Positions 8,048 to 17,837 of a stretch of 63,376 nucleotides of DNA are shown here, piece by piece. The notes under the pieces were generated by a model that was not told where the DNA came from, made no database searches, and worked only from the letters and a program-made list of their open reading frames with translations. This DNA is from Bacillota bacterium (lineage in GTDB: Bacteria > Bacillota > Sulfobacillia > JAJYWN01 > JAJZPE01). A program made the position numbers and the translations under genes. The first letter of the stretch is position 1; each line of letters begins with the position of its first letter. The DNA is taken from positions 1 to 63,376 of the forward strand of contig JAJZPE010000004.1 of NCBI GenBank assembly GCA_021811325.1, written 5' to 3'.

Positions 8048-9403
8048 ATGATTCAGTACTTTCATTCGGTTAAGCTCGACCGCGAGGCCTGCAAGGGCTG
8101 CACGAACTGCATCAAGCGGTGCCCGACCGAGGCCATCCGCGTCCGGGAAGGCAAGGCCGTCATCCTCGAGGAGCGCTGCGTCGACTGCGGCGAGTGCATC
8201 CGCATTTGCCCGAATCACGCCAAGTCGGCCATCACCGACCCGTTCCAGCGGTTGGAGGACTTCGAGTACCGGGTGGCCCTCCCGGCGCCGTCATTCTATG
8301 GGCAGTTCAAGCCGGACGTGCCCCCGGAGAGCTTCCTCCAAGCCTTACTGGAGCTCGGTTTCGACGATGTCTACGAGGTGCCGTACGCGGCCGAGGCCGT
8401 CTCCCTAGCCATCCGCCGCTACCTGACCGAGCACCCCGAGCGGCGTCCGCTCATCTCGTCGGCCTGCCCGGCGGTCGTCCGCCTGATGCAAGTCCGCTTC
8501 CCGGCCCTCCTCGACCAGGTCATCCCGGTCGAGTCGCCGATGGAGGTCGCCGCCCACCTGGCCAAGGAGAAGGCGGTCAGGGAACGCGGGCTGGACCGGG
8601 CCAAGGTCGGGGCCTTCTTCATCACCCCTTGCGCGGCCAAAGTCACCGCGGCCAAGCAGCCGGTGGGGAACAACGAATCGAACGTCGACGGCGTGCTCTC
8701 AATGTCGGCCGTCTGTGGCGAAGTCCTGAAGCTCCTGGGGTCCTCGCGGCGCAACCGCGGTCCGCTCTCGAAGGCCGGCGGCATCGGCATCGGCTGGGGC
8801 CGAGCGGGCGGCGAGAACGTGGCCATCGGCCAGGGCTCGCTCCTGGCCGTCGACGGTATCCACAGCGTCATCGGCGTCCTCGAGGAAGTGGAGAAGGGCA
8901 AGCTGCGCGGGGTCGATTACCTCGAGGCCCAGGCGTGTATCGGCGGGTGCATCGGCGGCCCGCTGGCCATCGAGAACCCCTTCGTCGCCAGGGTGCGGAT
9001 GAAGAACCTCTCCGAGATCTCTGAGAAGCAGGGCCTACAGGTGGACGCCGCGGAAGTGGCCCGACTCTATGCGGGCGGGCTCTTTACCATGAAGAAGCAA
9101 GTCGAGCCGCGCCCGGTGATGCAGCTCGACCGGGACGTCGCCCGGGCCATCTCGATGGTCGAGGCCCTCGAGAAGACGGTGGCCGAACTCCCCGGTCTCG
9201 ACTGCGGCTCCTGCGGTTCACCGAGCTGCCGGACCCTGGCCGAGGACATCGTCCGCGGCGTGGCCTTCGAGACGGATTGCGTCTTCAAACTGCGCGACCG
9301 GGTCCAGGTCCTGGCGCAAGAAGTGCTGGAGTTGGCCCGCAAAGTGCCCCCGGCGATGGGGCAGAAGGGCCCCGGGGCCGGGCGCGAGGGGCAAGACGGC
9401 TAG
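8048..9403 (+). CDS. Group D-like (HydS/Hfs-type) putative sensory [FeFe]-hydrogenase protein
   Basis: N-terminal 2x[4Fe-4S]; H-cluster-like motifs SSACP, TPCAAK, EAQACIGGCIGG; C-terminal LPGLDCGSCGSPSC FeS domain. Confidence 0.75.
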   Translation: MIQYFHSVKLDREACKGCTNCIKRCPTEAIRVREGKAVILEERCVDCGECIRICPNHAKSAITDPFQRLEDFEYRVALPAPSFYGQFKPDVPPESFLQALLELGFDDVYEVPYAAEAVSLAIRRYLTEHPERRPLISSACPAVVRLMQVRFPALLDQVIPVESPMEVAAHLAKEKAVRERGLDRAKVGAFFITPCAAKVTAAKQPVGNNESNVDGVLSMSAVCGEVLKLLGSSRRNRGPLSKAGGIGIGWGRAGGENVAIGQGSLLAVDGIHSVIGVLEEVEKGKLRGVDYLEAQACIGGCIGGPLAIENPFVARVRMKNLSEISEKQGLQVDAAEVARLYAGGLFTMKKQVEPRPVMQLDRDVARAISMVEALEKTVAELPGLDCGSCGSPSCRTLAEDIVRGVAFETDCVFKLRDRVQVLAQEVLELARKVPPAMGQKGPGAGREGQDG

Positions 9404-9436
9404 TGGCCAGGACGGTACGGAGAGGAGCGATCGGTC

Positions 9437-9778
9437 TTGCGGCTTGAGGAGATCGCCCGGCGGCTCGGTCTCGAGGCGGCCGTGGCGGGCAAAGGGATGG
9501 CGGCGGAGGTCACCGGTGGTTACTGCTCGGACCTCCTGAGCGACGTGATGGCCAACGCCAAGGAGGGCTACGTCTGGGTGACCATCCAGACCCACCAGAA
9601 CGTGGTCGCCGTGGCCGGCCTGACGTCGGTGGCCGGGGTCGTCATCGCCGGCGGGCACCGGCCGGACGAGGAGACCATCGCCCGCGCCGGCCACGAAGGG
9701 GTGACCATCCTGCTCACCCCGATGAGCGGCTTCGAGGTCGCCGGCCGGGTCCACGCCCTCTTGTCCCAGACTTCATGA
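9437..9778 (+). CDS. DRTGG-domain protein
   Basis: GGYCSDLLSDVMA..WVTIQTHQNVVAVA motif. Confidence 0.75.
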   Translation: MRLEEIARRLGLEAAVAGKGMAAEVTGGYCSDLLSDVMANAKEGYVWVTIQTHQNVVAVAGLTSVAGVVIAGGHRPDEETIARAGHEGVTILLTPMSGFEVAGRVHALLSQTS

Positions 9779-9781
9779 AGC

Positions 9782-10525
9782 ATGGCCCATCTCTACTCAG
9801 CGGACCTGCACCTTCACACCGGTCTGTCACCGTGCGCCGACGATGACGCGTCGCCCCTGGCCGTGGTCGGCCGGGCCCGGCAACGAGGCCTGGAGGTCAT
9901 CGCCGTGACCGACCACAACAGCTGCGAGAACGCGGCGGCCGCGGTGGCCGCCGGGGAGCGGCTCGGGGTCACCGTCTGGCCGGGGATGGAGCTGCAGACG
10001 CGCGAAGAGGTCCATCTCGTCTGCATCTTCGCCGGCCTCAAGGCGGCCCTGGACTTCCAGGGGTTCGTCTATGACCGCCTGCCCAAGCTGCCGAACCGGC
10101 CAGAGAAGCTCGGCCGCCAGGTCATCTACGACGAGGCCGGGAGACCGGCGGGGGAGTGCCCGAAACTCCTCCTGGCCTCCTGCGAGGTCGGACTGGAGGA
10201 GGCCTTCCGGCGGGTGACCGCGGCCGGGGGGCTGTGTTACCCGGCCCACGTCGACCGCAGGGCCTTCGGCCTGATCGGGGTCCTCGGGCCCTTCCCGCCG
10301 GAGGCCCCCTTCCCGGCCTACGAGGTCTCGCGCGGGACGCCGGTGGACCGTGTCCGGCGCGACTGCCCCTGGATCCCTCCCGGAGCGATCGTGGTTTCCT
10401 CGGACGCCCACCGTCTCGAGGAGATTGAGAGCGGCAGGACCCTGTTGGAGATGGAACGACCGACCCCGGCCGAGTTCCTGGCCGCGCTCGAAGGACGTGT
10501 CGGACGAAAGGTGGTGGTCCGCTGA
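9782..10525 (+). CDS. PHP-domain phosphoesterase
   Basis: DLHLHT.LSPC, AVTDHN, PGMEL..EEVH, PAHVDR and SSDAH metal-binding motifs. Confidence 0.85.
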   Translation: MAHLYSADLHLHTGLSPCADDDASPLAVVGRARQRGLEVIAVTDHNSCENAAAAVAAGERLGVTVWPGMELQTREEVHLVCIFAGLKAALDFQGFVYDRLPKLPNRPEKLGRQVIYDEAGRPAGECPKLLLASCEVGLEEAFRRVTAAGGLCYPAHVDRRAFGLIGVLGPFPPEAPFPAYEVSRGTPVDRVRRDCPWIPPGAIVVSSDAHRLEEIESGRTLLEMERPTPAEFLAALEGRVGRKVVVR

Positions 10526-10586
10526 AGCGTAACGCCGATGATCGGAGCCGCGCCAAGTTGCCTGAAAGGAGGAACCACCGAAAACC

Positions 10587-11066
10587 ATGAGCCTCACCTG
10601 TGACTGCCTCGATGCCAAGTACCAGGAGCTGGACCAGATCCTGAACCAGTACAACGGGCAGAAAGAGGCCCTGATCACCGTCCTCCACAAGGCCCAGGAG
10701 CTGTTCGGTTACCTGCCGCAGGACGTGCAGATCAAGGCCGCCGACGCGCTGAGCGTGCCCCTTAGCGAGGTTTACGGGGTCATCACCTTCTATGCTCTTT
10801 TCTCCACCAAGCCCAAAGGGAAGTACAAGATCGCCGCCTGCAAAGGCACGGCTTGCTATGTCCGGGGTTCCGAGCGGGTCCTCGAGCGCATCCAGAAGGA
10901 GCTTGGGGTCAAGGCCGGCGACACCACGCCAGACGCCAAGTTCTCCCTCGAAGTCGTGCGTTGCCTCGGGGCCTGCGGCCTGGGACCGGTCATGATGGTC
11001 AATGACGATGTCCATGCCCGGCTCAAGCCCGATAAGATCCCGGGGGTCCTGAGCCGGTACCAATAA
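10587..11066 (+). CDS. hydC: HydC/HndA (NuoE-like 2Fe-2S) subunit, module 1
   Basis: V.TFY..F, CKGTAC..GS, CLGACGLGPVMMVN. Confidence 0.85.
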   Translation: MSLTCDCLDAKYQELDQILNQYNGQKEALITVLHKAQELFGYLPQDVQIKAADALSVPLSEVYGVITFYALFSTKPKGKYKIAACKGTACYVRGSERVLERIQKELGVKAGDTTPDAKFSLEVVRCLGACGLGPVMMVNDDVHARLKPDKIPGVLSRYQ

Positions 11067-11102
11067 GCCCCCGTTCCGGGGGCCGGGAAAAAGGCCACGA
11101 CC

Positions 11103-11648
11103 ATGCGTGAGCTCGCCCTCCACATCCTGGACCTCCTCCAGAACTCAGCCGAGGCCGGCGCCCTCCGGGTCGAACTCGGCGTCGAGGAAGATCCGGAGAA
11201 CGACATCCTCCGCATCAGCGTCGGCGACGACGGGCGGGGGATGGATGAAGCGACGGTCCGGCGGGTCCTCGACCCGTTCTATACGACCCGCAAGACGAGA
11301 CACGTCGGATTGGGGTTGCCTCTTCTGGCGGCGGCCGCCAGGCGGTGCGGCGGCAAAGTAGAAATAGAGTCGGCTCCGGGGGTGGGGACCAAGGTCTCCG
11401 CCGACTTCCGGCGCTCCAACATCGACCGCGCCCCCCTAGGGGACCTCCCGCAGACCCTGGCCATCTTCCTGGCCGGTCACCCGGGATTAAGGCTGGTCTA
11501 CCGGCACCGGGTCGGTCCGCGGGACCTGACCTTCGACAGCGACGAGGTCAGCGCGCGGTTGGGGGCGGTCGGCTTCGACCACCCGCTGGTCGCCGACTGG
11601 GTTAAGGGGTACTTGTCCGAAGGTTTGCTGAACTTGCAAAAGGGGTGA
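11103..11648 (+). CDS. Histidine-kinase-like ATPase (HATPase_c only)
   Basis: LHILDLLQNS, DDGRGM, DPFYTT, GLGLP, G.GT; commonly embedded in hnd/hyd operons. Confidence 0.8.
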   Translation: MRELALHILDLLQNSAEAGALRVELGVEEDPENDILRISVGDDGRGMDEATVRRVLDPFYTTRKTRHVGLGLPLLAAAARRCGGKVEIESAPGVGTKVSADFRRSNIDRAPLGDLPQTLAIFLAGHPGLRLVYRHRVGPRDLTFDSDEVSARLGAVGFDHPLVADWVKGYLSEGLLNLQKG

Positions 11649-12016
11649 GCCATTTGAAATCCCTGGACGAACTGGAGAAGATCCGGCAGCGGGCTCTGCA
11701 AGAGACCCGTGTCCGGCAGTCCGGCCAGAAGACGCAGGTCGTGGTGGGCATGGGGACGTGCGGCATCGCCGCCGGCGCCCGTGAGACCATGGCCGCCATC
11801 CTGGCTGAACTAGGTAAGCGGAACCTCACCGAGGTGATGGTCACCCAGACCGGCTGCATCGGCCTCTGCGACAGAGAACCTCTGGTGGACGTGATCAAAC
11901 CCGGCCAGGCCAAGGTCACCTACGCCCGCGTCGACGCCGAGAAAGCCAGGATGATTGTCGCCCAGCACATCATCAACGACCAGGTCATCGGGGAATGGGC
12001 CATCGCCACTAGATGA
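11645..12016 (+). CDS. HydD/HndB thioredoxin-like (2Fe-2S) ferredoxin, module 1
   Basis: VGMGTCGIAAGAR..TGCIGLCDREP. Confidence 0.8.
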   Translation: MSHLKSLDELEKIRQRALQETRVRQSGQKTQVVVGMGTCGIAAGARETMAAILAELGKRNLTEVMVTQTGCIGLCDREPLVDVIKPGQAKVTYARVDAEKARMIVAQHIINDQVIGEWAIATR

Positions 12017-12030
12017 AGGAGGGTCGCTGA

Positions 12031-15000
12031 ATGGAACTCTATCGCTCGCACGTCCTGGTCTGTGCCGGCGCCGGTTGCGTCTCGTCGGGCTGCAAGGCCG
12101 TCGAGGACGCCCTCGTGGCCGAGGTTAAGAAGCTCGGGCTCGAGAAGGAAGTCCGGATCGTCGAGACCGGCTGCATGGGCCCGTGCGACCTCGGCCCGGT
12201 GATCGTGGTCTATCCCGAGGGCGTCTTCTACAAGAAGGTCAAACCGCAGGACGCCGTGGAGATAGCCAACGAGCACCTGCTCAAGGGCCGTCTTGTCGAG
12301 CACTTGACCTACAAGCTCCCGGGGACGGATGAGTCCATCCCGTCCTATGCGGACATCGCCTTTTTCAAGCAGCAGAACCGCATCGCCCTAAGGAATTGCG
12401 GCCTCATCGACCCCCTGAACATCGAGGAGGCCATCGCCCGTGACGCCTACGCCGCCCTGGGCAAGGTCCTGACCAAGATGACCGCGGCTGAGGTCATCGA
12501 GACGGTCAAGCGGTCCGGGCTGCGCGGCCGCGGCGGCGGCGGGTTCCCGACGGGCACCAAGTGGGACTTCGCGGCCAAGGCCAAGGGCAGCCCGAAGTAC
12601 GTCGTCTGCAACGCCGACGAGGGTGACCCAGGCGCCTTCATGGACCGCAGCGTCATGGAGGGCGACCCGCACTCGGTCATCGAGGCCATGGCCATCGGCG
12701 GCTACGCCATCGGCGCCAACCAGGGCTACGTCTACATCCGGGCCGAGTACCCGCTGGCCGTCGAGCGCCTCACCCACGCCATCAAGCAGGCCCGCCAATA
12801 CGGGCTCCTGGGCAAGAGCATCTTCGGCTCCGGCTTTGACTTCGACCTCGACATCCGGGTGGGCGCCGGCGCCTTCGTCTGCGGCGAGGAGACCGCCCTG
12901 CTGACCTCGATCGAGGGCCGGCGCGGCGAGCCCCGGCCGCGGCCGCCCTTCCCGGCCAACGCCGGGCTCTTCGGCCGGCCGACGGTCATCAACAACGTTG
13001 AGACCTGGGCCTGCATCAGCCCGATCATCCTCAAGGGGGCCGACTGGTTCGCGGCCATCGGGACCGAGAAGTCCAAGGGGACCAAGGTCTTCGCCCTGGC
13101 CGGCAAGATCGTCAACACCGGTCTGGTCGAGGTGCCGATGGGCACCGCCCTCGGGGAGATCATCTTCGACATCGGCGGCGGCATCCCCAACCACAAGAAA
13201 TTCAAGGCCGCCCAGACCGGCGGCCCGTCCGGCGGGTGCATCCCGACCGAGTACCTGAACACGCCGGTCGACTACGATACCCTGACCGCCCTCGGGACGA
13301 TCATGGGGTCCGGCGGCCTGATCATCATGGACGAGGACACCTGCATGGTCGACCTGGCCAAGTTCTTCCTGGAGTTCGTCCAGGACGAGTCGTGCGGCAA
13401 GTGCACCCCGTGCCGCATCGGGACCAAGCGGATGCTGGAGATCCTCCAGCGGATCACCCGCGGCGAGGGCCGGGAGGGCGACATCGAGCTGCTCATCGAG
13501 CTGTCCAACGAGATCAAGAGCTCGGCCCTCTGCGGCCTCGGCCAGACGGCGCCGAACCCGGTCCTCTCGACCATCCGCTACTTCCGCCACGAGTATGAGC
13601 AGCACATCCGGGAGAAGAAGTGCGCCGCCTCGGTTTGCGCGATGCTCTTCAACTCCCCGTGCCAGAACACGTGTCCGGCCAACGTCGACGTACCGGTGTA
13701 CATCGACCACATCCGCAACAAGCGCTTCGCCCAGGCCTATCAGACGGTGAAGGACGAGAACCCGTTCCCGGCCATCTGCGGCCGCGTCTGCAACCATCCG
13801 TGCGAGTCCAAGTGCCGCCGGGCGCAGATCGACCAGGCCCTGGCCATCCGCGCCCTGAAGCGGTTCGCCGGGGACTGGGCCCTCAAGAACAACGGGCACC
13901 TGCCGGCGGGCAAGGGCGGCCTCAAAAAGGACGATAAGGTAGCCGTCGTCGGCTCCGGCCCGGCCGGCCTCACCGCCGCGTACTACCTGGCCCGCAAGGG
14001 CTACCCGGTGACCGTCTTCGAGGCCCTGCCGGTGGCCGGTGGGATGATGGCCGTCGGCATCCCTGAGTACCGCCTGCCCAAGAAGATGCTCCGGGCGGAG
14101 ATCGAGAGCGTCGAGAGGATGGGCGTGGAGATCAAGACCGGCGTCCGCGTCGGCCAGGACATCACCCTCGACGGCCTCAAGAAGAAAGGCTACAAGGCCA
14201 TCTTCCTGGCCGTCGGGGCCCACAAGAGCCAGCGCCTGGAGATTCCGGGCGAGGACCTCATGGGCGTCATCCACGCCACCGACTTCCTGCGCCGGGTCAA
14301 CCTTGGTGAGGACCCCAAGCTGAAAGGAAAGAAAGTGGCCATTGTCGGCGGCGGCAACGCGGCCATCGACTCGGCCCGGGTCGCCCTACGCCTCGGGGCC
14401 TCGGCGGTGAAGGTCGTCTACCGTCGCCGTCGCGACGAGATGCCGGCCCTCCGTGAAGAGATCGAGGACGCCGAGCACGAGGGGGTCGAGTTCCTCTTCC
14501 TGGCCGCCCCGAAGAGCGTCGCCGGGAAGAACGGCAAGGCCATCGGGTTGGAGTGCCTGCAGATGAAGCTCGGCGAGTTCGACCGCAGCGGGCGGCGTCG
14601 CCCGGTGGCCGTCGAGGGCTCGGAGTTCATCGTCGAGGCCGACGTGGTCATCCCGGCGGTCAGCCAGGCGCCCGAGGTCGAGGCCCTCAACAACGGGACC
14701 AAGTTGAACCCCAATCGCGACGGCACGCTCGCCGTCGACGGCAACCTGGCGACCCCAGTCCCGGGCCTCTTCGCCGGCGGCGACTGCGTCACCGGTCCGG
14801 ACACCGTCATTGGGGCCGTCGCAGCCGGCAAGAAGGCCGCCGCGGCCATCGACAAGTACCTCGGCGGCGACGGCGACGTTGTCGACCTTCAAACCGTCGT
14901 CCGCGAGCTGTCCGCTGAAATCGTCGAAGAGGAACGGCCGCGGGCCGAGATGCCGGTCGTCCCGGTCAAGGACCGCTGCAAGGGCTTCGCCGAGGTCGAG

Positions 15001-15069
15001 CTCGGCTTCGACGAGAAGGCGGCCGTCTCGGAAGCCTCACGTTGCCTCCGTTGCGACGTGAAGGAGTAA
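12031..15069 (+). CDS. HydB/HndC (NuoF-like) fused to a GltD-like FAD/NADPH oxidoreductase
   Basis: GLRGRGGGGFP, NADEGDPGAFMDR, CGEET, ESCGKCTPC, then PCQNTCP..CGRVCNHPCE, VGSGPAG, VGGGNAAID, YRRRRDEMPA, FAGGD; 1012 aa in one frame. Confidence 0.85.
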   Translation: MELYRSHVLVCAGAGCVSSGCKAVEDALVAEVKKLGLEKEVRIVETGCMGPCDLGPVIVVYPEGVFYKKVKPQDAVEIANEHLLKGRLVEHLTYKLPGTDESIPSYADIAFFKQQNRIALRNCGLIDPLNIEEAIARDAYAALGKVLTKMTAAEVIETVKRSGLRGRGGGGFPTGTKWDFAAKAKGSPKYVVCNADEGDPGAFMDRSVMEGDPHSVIEAMAIGGYAIGANQGYVYIRAEYPLAVERLTHAIKQARQYGLLGKSIFGSGFDFDLDIRVGAGAFVCGEETALLTSIEGRRGEPRPRPPFPANAGLFGRPTVINNVETWACISPIILKGADWFAAIGTEKSKGTKVFALAGKIVNTGLVEVPMGTALGEIIFDIGGGIPNHKKFKAAQTGGPSGGCIPTEYLNTPVDYDTLTALGTIMGSGGLIIMDEDTCMVDLAKFFLEFVQDESCGKCTPCRIGTKRMLEILQRITRGEGREGDIELLIELSNEIKSSALCGLGQTAPNPVLSTIRYFRHEYEQHIREKKCAASVCAMLFNSPCQNTCPANVDVPVYIDHIRNKRFAQAYQTVKDENPFPAICGRVCNHPCESKCRRAQIDQALAIRALKRFAGDWALKNNGHLPAGKGGLKKDDKVAVVGSGPAGLTAAYYLARKGYPVTVFEALPVAGGMMAVGIPEYRLPKKMLRAEIESVERMGVEIKTGVRVGQDITLDGLKKKGYKAIFLAVGAHKSQRLEIPGEDLMGVIHATDFLRRVNLGEDPKLKGKKVAIVGGGNAAIDSARVALRLGASAVKVVYRRRRDEMPALREEIEDAEHEGVEFLFLAAPKSVAGKNGKAIGLECLQMKLGEFDRSGRRRPVAVEGSEFIVEADVVIPAVSQAPEVEALNNGTKLNPNRDGTLAVDGNLATPVPGLFAGGDCVTGPDTVIGAVAAGKKAAAAIDKYLGGDGDVVDLQTVVRELSAEIVEEERPRAEMPVVPVKDRCKGFAEVELGFDEKAAVSEASRCLRCDVKE

Positions 15070-15087
15070 AAAGGGGGTGTGACGCTA

Positions 15088-16827
15088 GTGGCAACCGTGA
15101 CCTTGACCATCGATAACCAAAAGGTCGAAATCGAAGAAAGCGCCACCATCCTCGACGCCGCAAAGAAGGCCGGCATCAAGATCCCGACCCTCTGCTACTT
15201 GGAGGACATCAACGAGATCGGCGCCTGCCGGGTCTGCGTCGTCGAGGTCAGGGGGGCCAAGGCCCTCCAGGCGGCATGCGTCGCCCCCGTGGCGAACGGG
15301 ATGATCGTCAGCACCAACTCCCCGGCCGTGCGGTCGTCCCGGCGCCTGACGGTCGAGCTGCTCCTGTCCAACCATCCGACCGACTGCCTGGTCTGCCCGC
15401 GCAACCTCAACTGCGAACTGCAGGCCCTGGCCGAGAACCTCGGCATCAGGGAGGTCCGCTTCGAAGGGGCCAAGCCGTCCTGGCCGGTGGACGAATCGAC
15501 CCCGTCGATCGTCCGTAACCCGGCCAAGTGCGTCCTCTGCCGGCGCTGCGTGGCCGTTTGCGAGAAGGTCCAGGGGGTTAAGGCCATCGCCCCCATCGAG
15601 CGCGGCTTCGATACCGTCATCGCCCCGGCCTTCGGCCACGAGATGATCGACGCGGCCTGCGCCCTGTGCGGTCAGTGCACGCTGGTCTGCCCGACCGCGG
15701 CCCTGACCGAGCACGACTCCACCGCCCAGACCTGGGCGGCCCTCGCCGACCCAAAGAAGCACGTCATCGTTCAGACCGCCCCGGCCACCCGCGTGGCCGT
15801 CGGCGAGATGTTCGGCTACGAGCCGGGGACCATCGTCACCGGCAAGATGGTCGCCGCCCTGCGGCGCCTGGGCTTCGACCGGGTCTTCGACACCGACTTC
15901 ACGGCCGACCTGACGATCATGGAGGAAGGCACGGAGCTGCTCGAGCGGGTCAGCCACGGCGGCGTGCTGCCGATGATCACCTCCTGCAGCCCGGGCTGGA
16001 TCAAGTTCATCGAACACTACTACCCGCACCTCCTCCCGCACCTGTCGACCTGCAAATCGCCGCAGCAGATGTTCGGGGCCCTGGCCAAGACGTACTACGC
16101 CGAGAAGGCCGGGATCAACCCCAAAGACATCGTCTCCGTCTCGATCATGCCGTGCACGGCCAAGAAGTTCGAGCTGACCCGGCCGGAGATGGAGGATAGC
16201 GGGTTCAGGGACGTGGACATCGTCCTGACCACCCGCGAGCTCGGCCGGATGTTCAAGCAGGCCGGCCTGGACTTCACCAACCTGCCCGAGGAACCATACG
16301 ACGACCCGTTCGGGATCACCACCGGCGCGGCCGTCATCTTCGGGGCCACCGGCGGCGTCATGGAGGCCGCCCTGCGCACGGCGTACGAGGTGAAGACCGG
16401 AAAGACCCTCGGCAACATCAACTTCACGGGGGTCCGCGGTCTCGAAGGGGTCAAAGAAGCGACCGTCCCCGTGGACGGGATAGACGTCAAGGTGGCGGTG
16501 GCCCACGGCCTGGGCAACGCCCGCAAGCTCCTGGATAAGCTGGCGGCGGGCCAGGCCGACCACCACTTCATCGAGATCATGTGCTGCCCCGGCGGGTGCA
16601 TCGGCGGCGGCGGGCAACCCATCCCGACCAATACGGAGATCCGCCAGAAGCGAATCAACGGCATCTACGCGGCCGACGAGCGGATGGCCATCAGAAAATC
16701 CCACGAAAACCCGGCCGTCCAGGCGCTCTACAAGGAGTTCCTGGGCCAACCGCTGGGTCACAAGTCACACGAACTCCTCCACACTCACTACACGCCACGT
16801 GGGAAGTACCCCAAGACGGACAAGTGA
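15088..16827 (+). CDS. hydA: [FeFe]-hydrogenase catalytic subunit HydA (group A3), module 1
   Basis: TSCSPGW, MPCTAKKFE, EIMCCPGGCIGGGGQP; 2Fe-2S, His-ligated 4Fe-4S and 2x4Fe-4S F-clusters. Confidence 0.92.
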   Translation: MATVTLTIDNQKVEIEESATILDAAKKAGIKIPTLCYLEDINEIGACRVCVVEVRGAKALQAACVAPVANGMIVSTNSPAVRSSRRLTVELLLSNHPTDCLVCPRNLNCELQALAENLGIREVRFEGAKPSWPVDESTPSIVRNPAKCVLCRRCVAVCEKVQGVKAIAPIERGFDTVIAPAFGHEMIDAACALCGQCTLVCPTAALTEHDSTAQTWAALADPKKHVIVQTAPATRVAVGEMFGYEPGTIVTGKMVAALRRLGFDRVFDTDFTADLTIMEEGTELLERVSHGGVLPMITSCSPGWIKFIEHYYPHLLPHLSTCKSPQQMFGALAKTYYAEKAGINPKDIVSVSIMPCTAKKFELTRPEMEDSGFRDVDIVLTTRELGRMFKQAGLDFTNLPEEPYDDPFGITTGAAVIFGATGGVMEAALRTAYEVKTGKTLGNINFTGVRGLEGVKEATVPVDGIDVKVAVAHGLGNARKLLDKLAAGQADHHFIEIMCCPGGCIGGGGQPIPTNTEIRQKRINGIYAADERMAIRKSHENPAVQALYKEFLGQPLGHKSHELLHTHYTPRGKYPKTDK

Positions 16828-16946
16828 CAGACGCCCGTCCCGCTCAGCAACGGAAAGGGCGATGCCAATCCGGCGCCGCCCCGTACAAACATGGCGGGGC
16901 CGCCCCGGGGCTGACCAGTAGCGACCCATCCGAAGGAGGTGCGAGG

Positions 16947-17315
16947 GTGAAATCCCTCAAGGAATTGGATCAGATCCGGGAAAAAGCCCTGGAGATGACC
17001 CGGGTCAGGCAAGGACAGGGCTTGGTCAAGATCGTCGTCGGCCTGGGTACGTGCGGAATCGCCGCGGGGGCCCGCGACGTCATGGCGGCCATCCTGGATG
17101 AACTCAGCAAGCGCGGCCTGACCTCGGTCACCGTGTCGCAAACGGGTTGCGTCGGACTGTGCGACCAGGAACCGCTGGTTGATGTGATCAAGGCCGGAGA
17201 GCCGCGGGTCACCTACGGTCGCGTCACGCCCGAGGTAGCCAGGAAGATCATCGCCCAGCACGTCATCAACCACCAAGTGCTGGGTGAGTGGGTCATCGCG
17301 ACCAAAGAAGCCTGA
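16947..17315 (+). CDS. HydD/HndB (2Fe-2S) ferredoxin, module 2
   Basis: GGAGGT RBS, GTG start; VGLGTCGIAAGAR..TGCVGLCDQEP; paralogue of 11645-12016. Confidence 0.8.
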   Translation: MKSLKELDQIREKALEMTRVRQGQGLVKIVVGLGTCGIAAGARDVMAAILDELSKRGLTSVTVSQTGCVGLCDQEPLVDVIKAGEPRVTYGRVTPEVARKIIAQHVINHQVLGEWVIATKEA

Positions 17316-17329
17316 AGGAGGGTTGACCC

Positions 17330-17821
17330 GTGGCAGTGGCAACCAAGAAACCAAGCGTCCTCTCCAAGAGCGCCCTGGCCAAGGTCGACCAGATCATCGC
17401 CAGGCACAAGGACCAGCCGGGGCCCCTGCTGCCGGTGCTTCACGCCCTGCAGGCCGAATTCAAGTACCTGCCGGAGGAAGCACTGGTTAGAGTGGCCATC
17501 GGTCTGGACATCCCCCTCTCCAAGATCTACGGCGTGGCCAGCTTCTACACCCTCTTCAACTTGCGCCCCAAGGCGGAGCACGTCATCCGCGCCTGCGAGA
17601 GCGCTCCCTGCCACGTGCGCGGGGCCAAAGAGGTCATCGAGGCGCTGGAAAACGCCCTGGGCGTGAAGGTCGGCGAGGACACCCGAGACGGCCGCTTCAC
17701 CCTCGAGCTGTCGAGCTGCATCGGCGTCTGCGGCGTGGCCCCGGCGATCATGATCGACGATGAGGTCTTCGGCAACCTCACGCCGGACATGGTCCCAGGC
17801 ATCCTCGCCCGCTTCAACTGA
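17330..17821 (+). CDS. hydC: HydC/NuoE-like subunit, module 2
   Basis: VASFY, CESAPCHVRG, CIGVCGVAP. Confidence 0.85.
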   Translation: MAVATKKPSVLSKSALAKVDQIIARHKDQPGPLLPVLHALQAEFKYLPEEALVRVAIGLDIPLSKIYGVASFYTLFNLRPKAEHVIRACESAPCHVRGAKEVIEALENALGVKVGEDTRDGRFTLELSSCIGVCGVAPAIMIDDEVFGNLTPDMVPGILARFN

Positions 17822-17837
17822 AAGGGGGAGGAGACAG

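Noticed and set aside
16828-16946. GC-rich hairpins between hydA1 and the second module
   Set aside because: No U-tract, promoter or known RNA motif; such stems are expected by chance at this GC content
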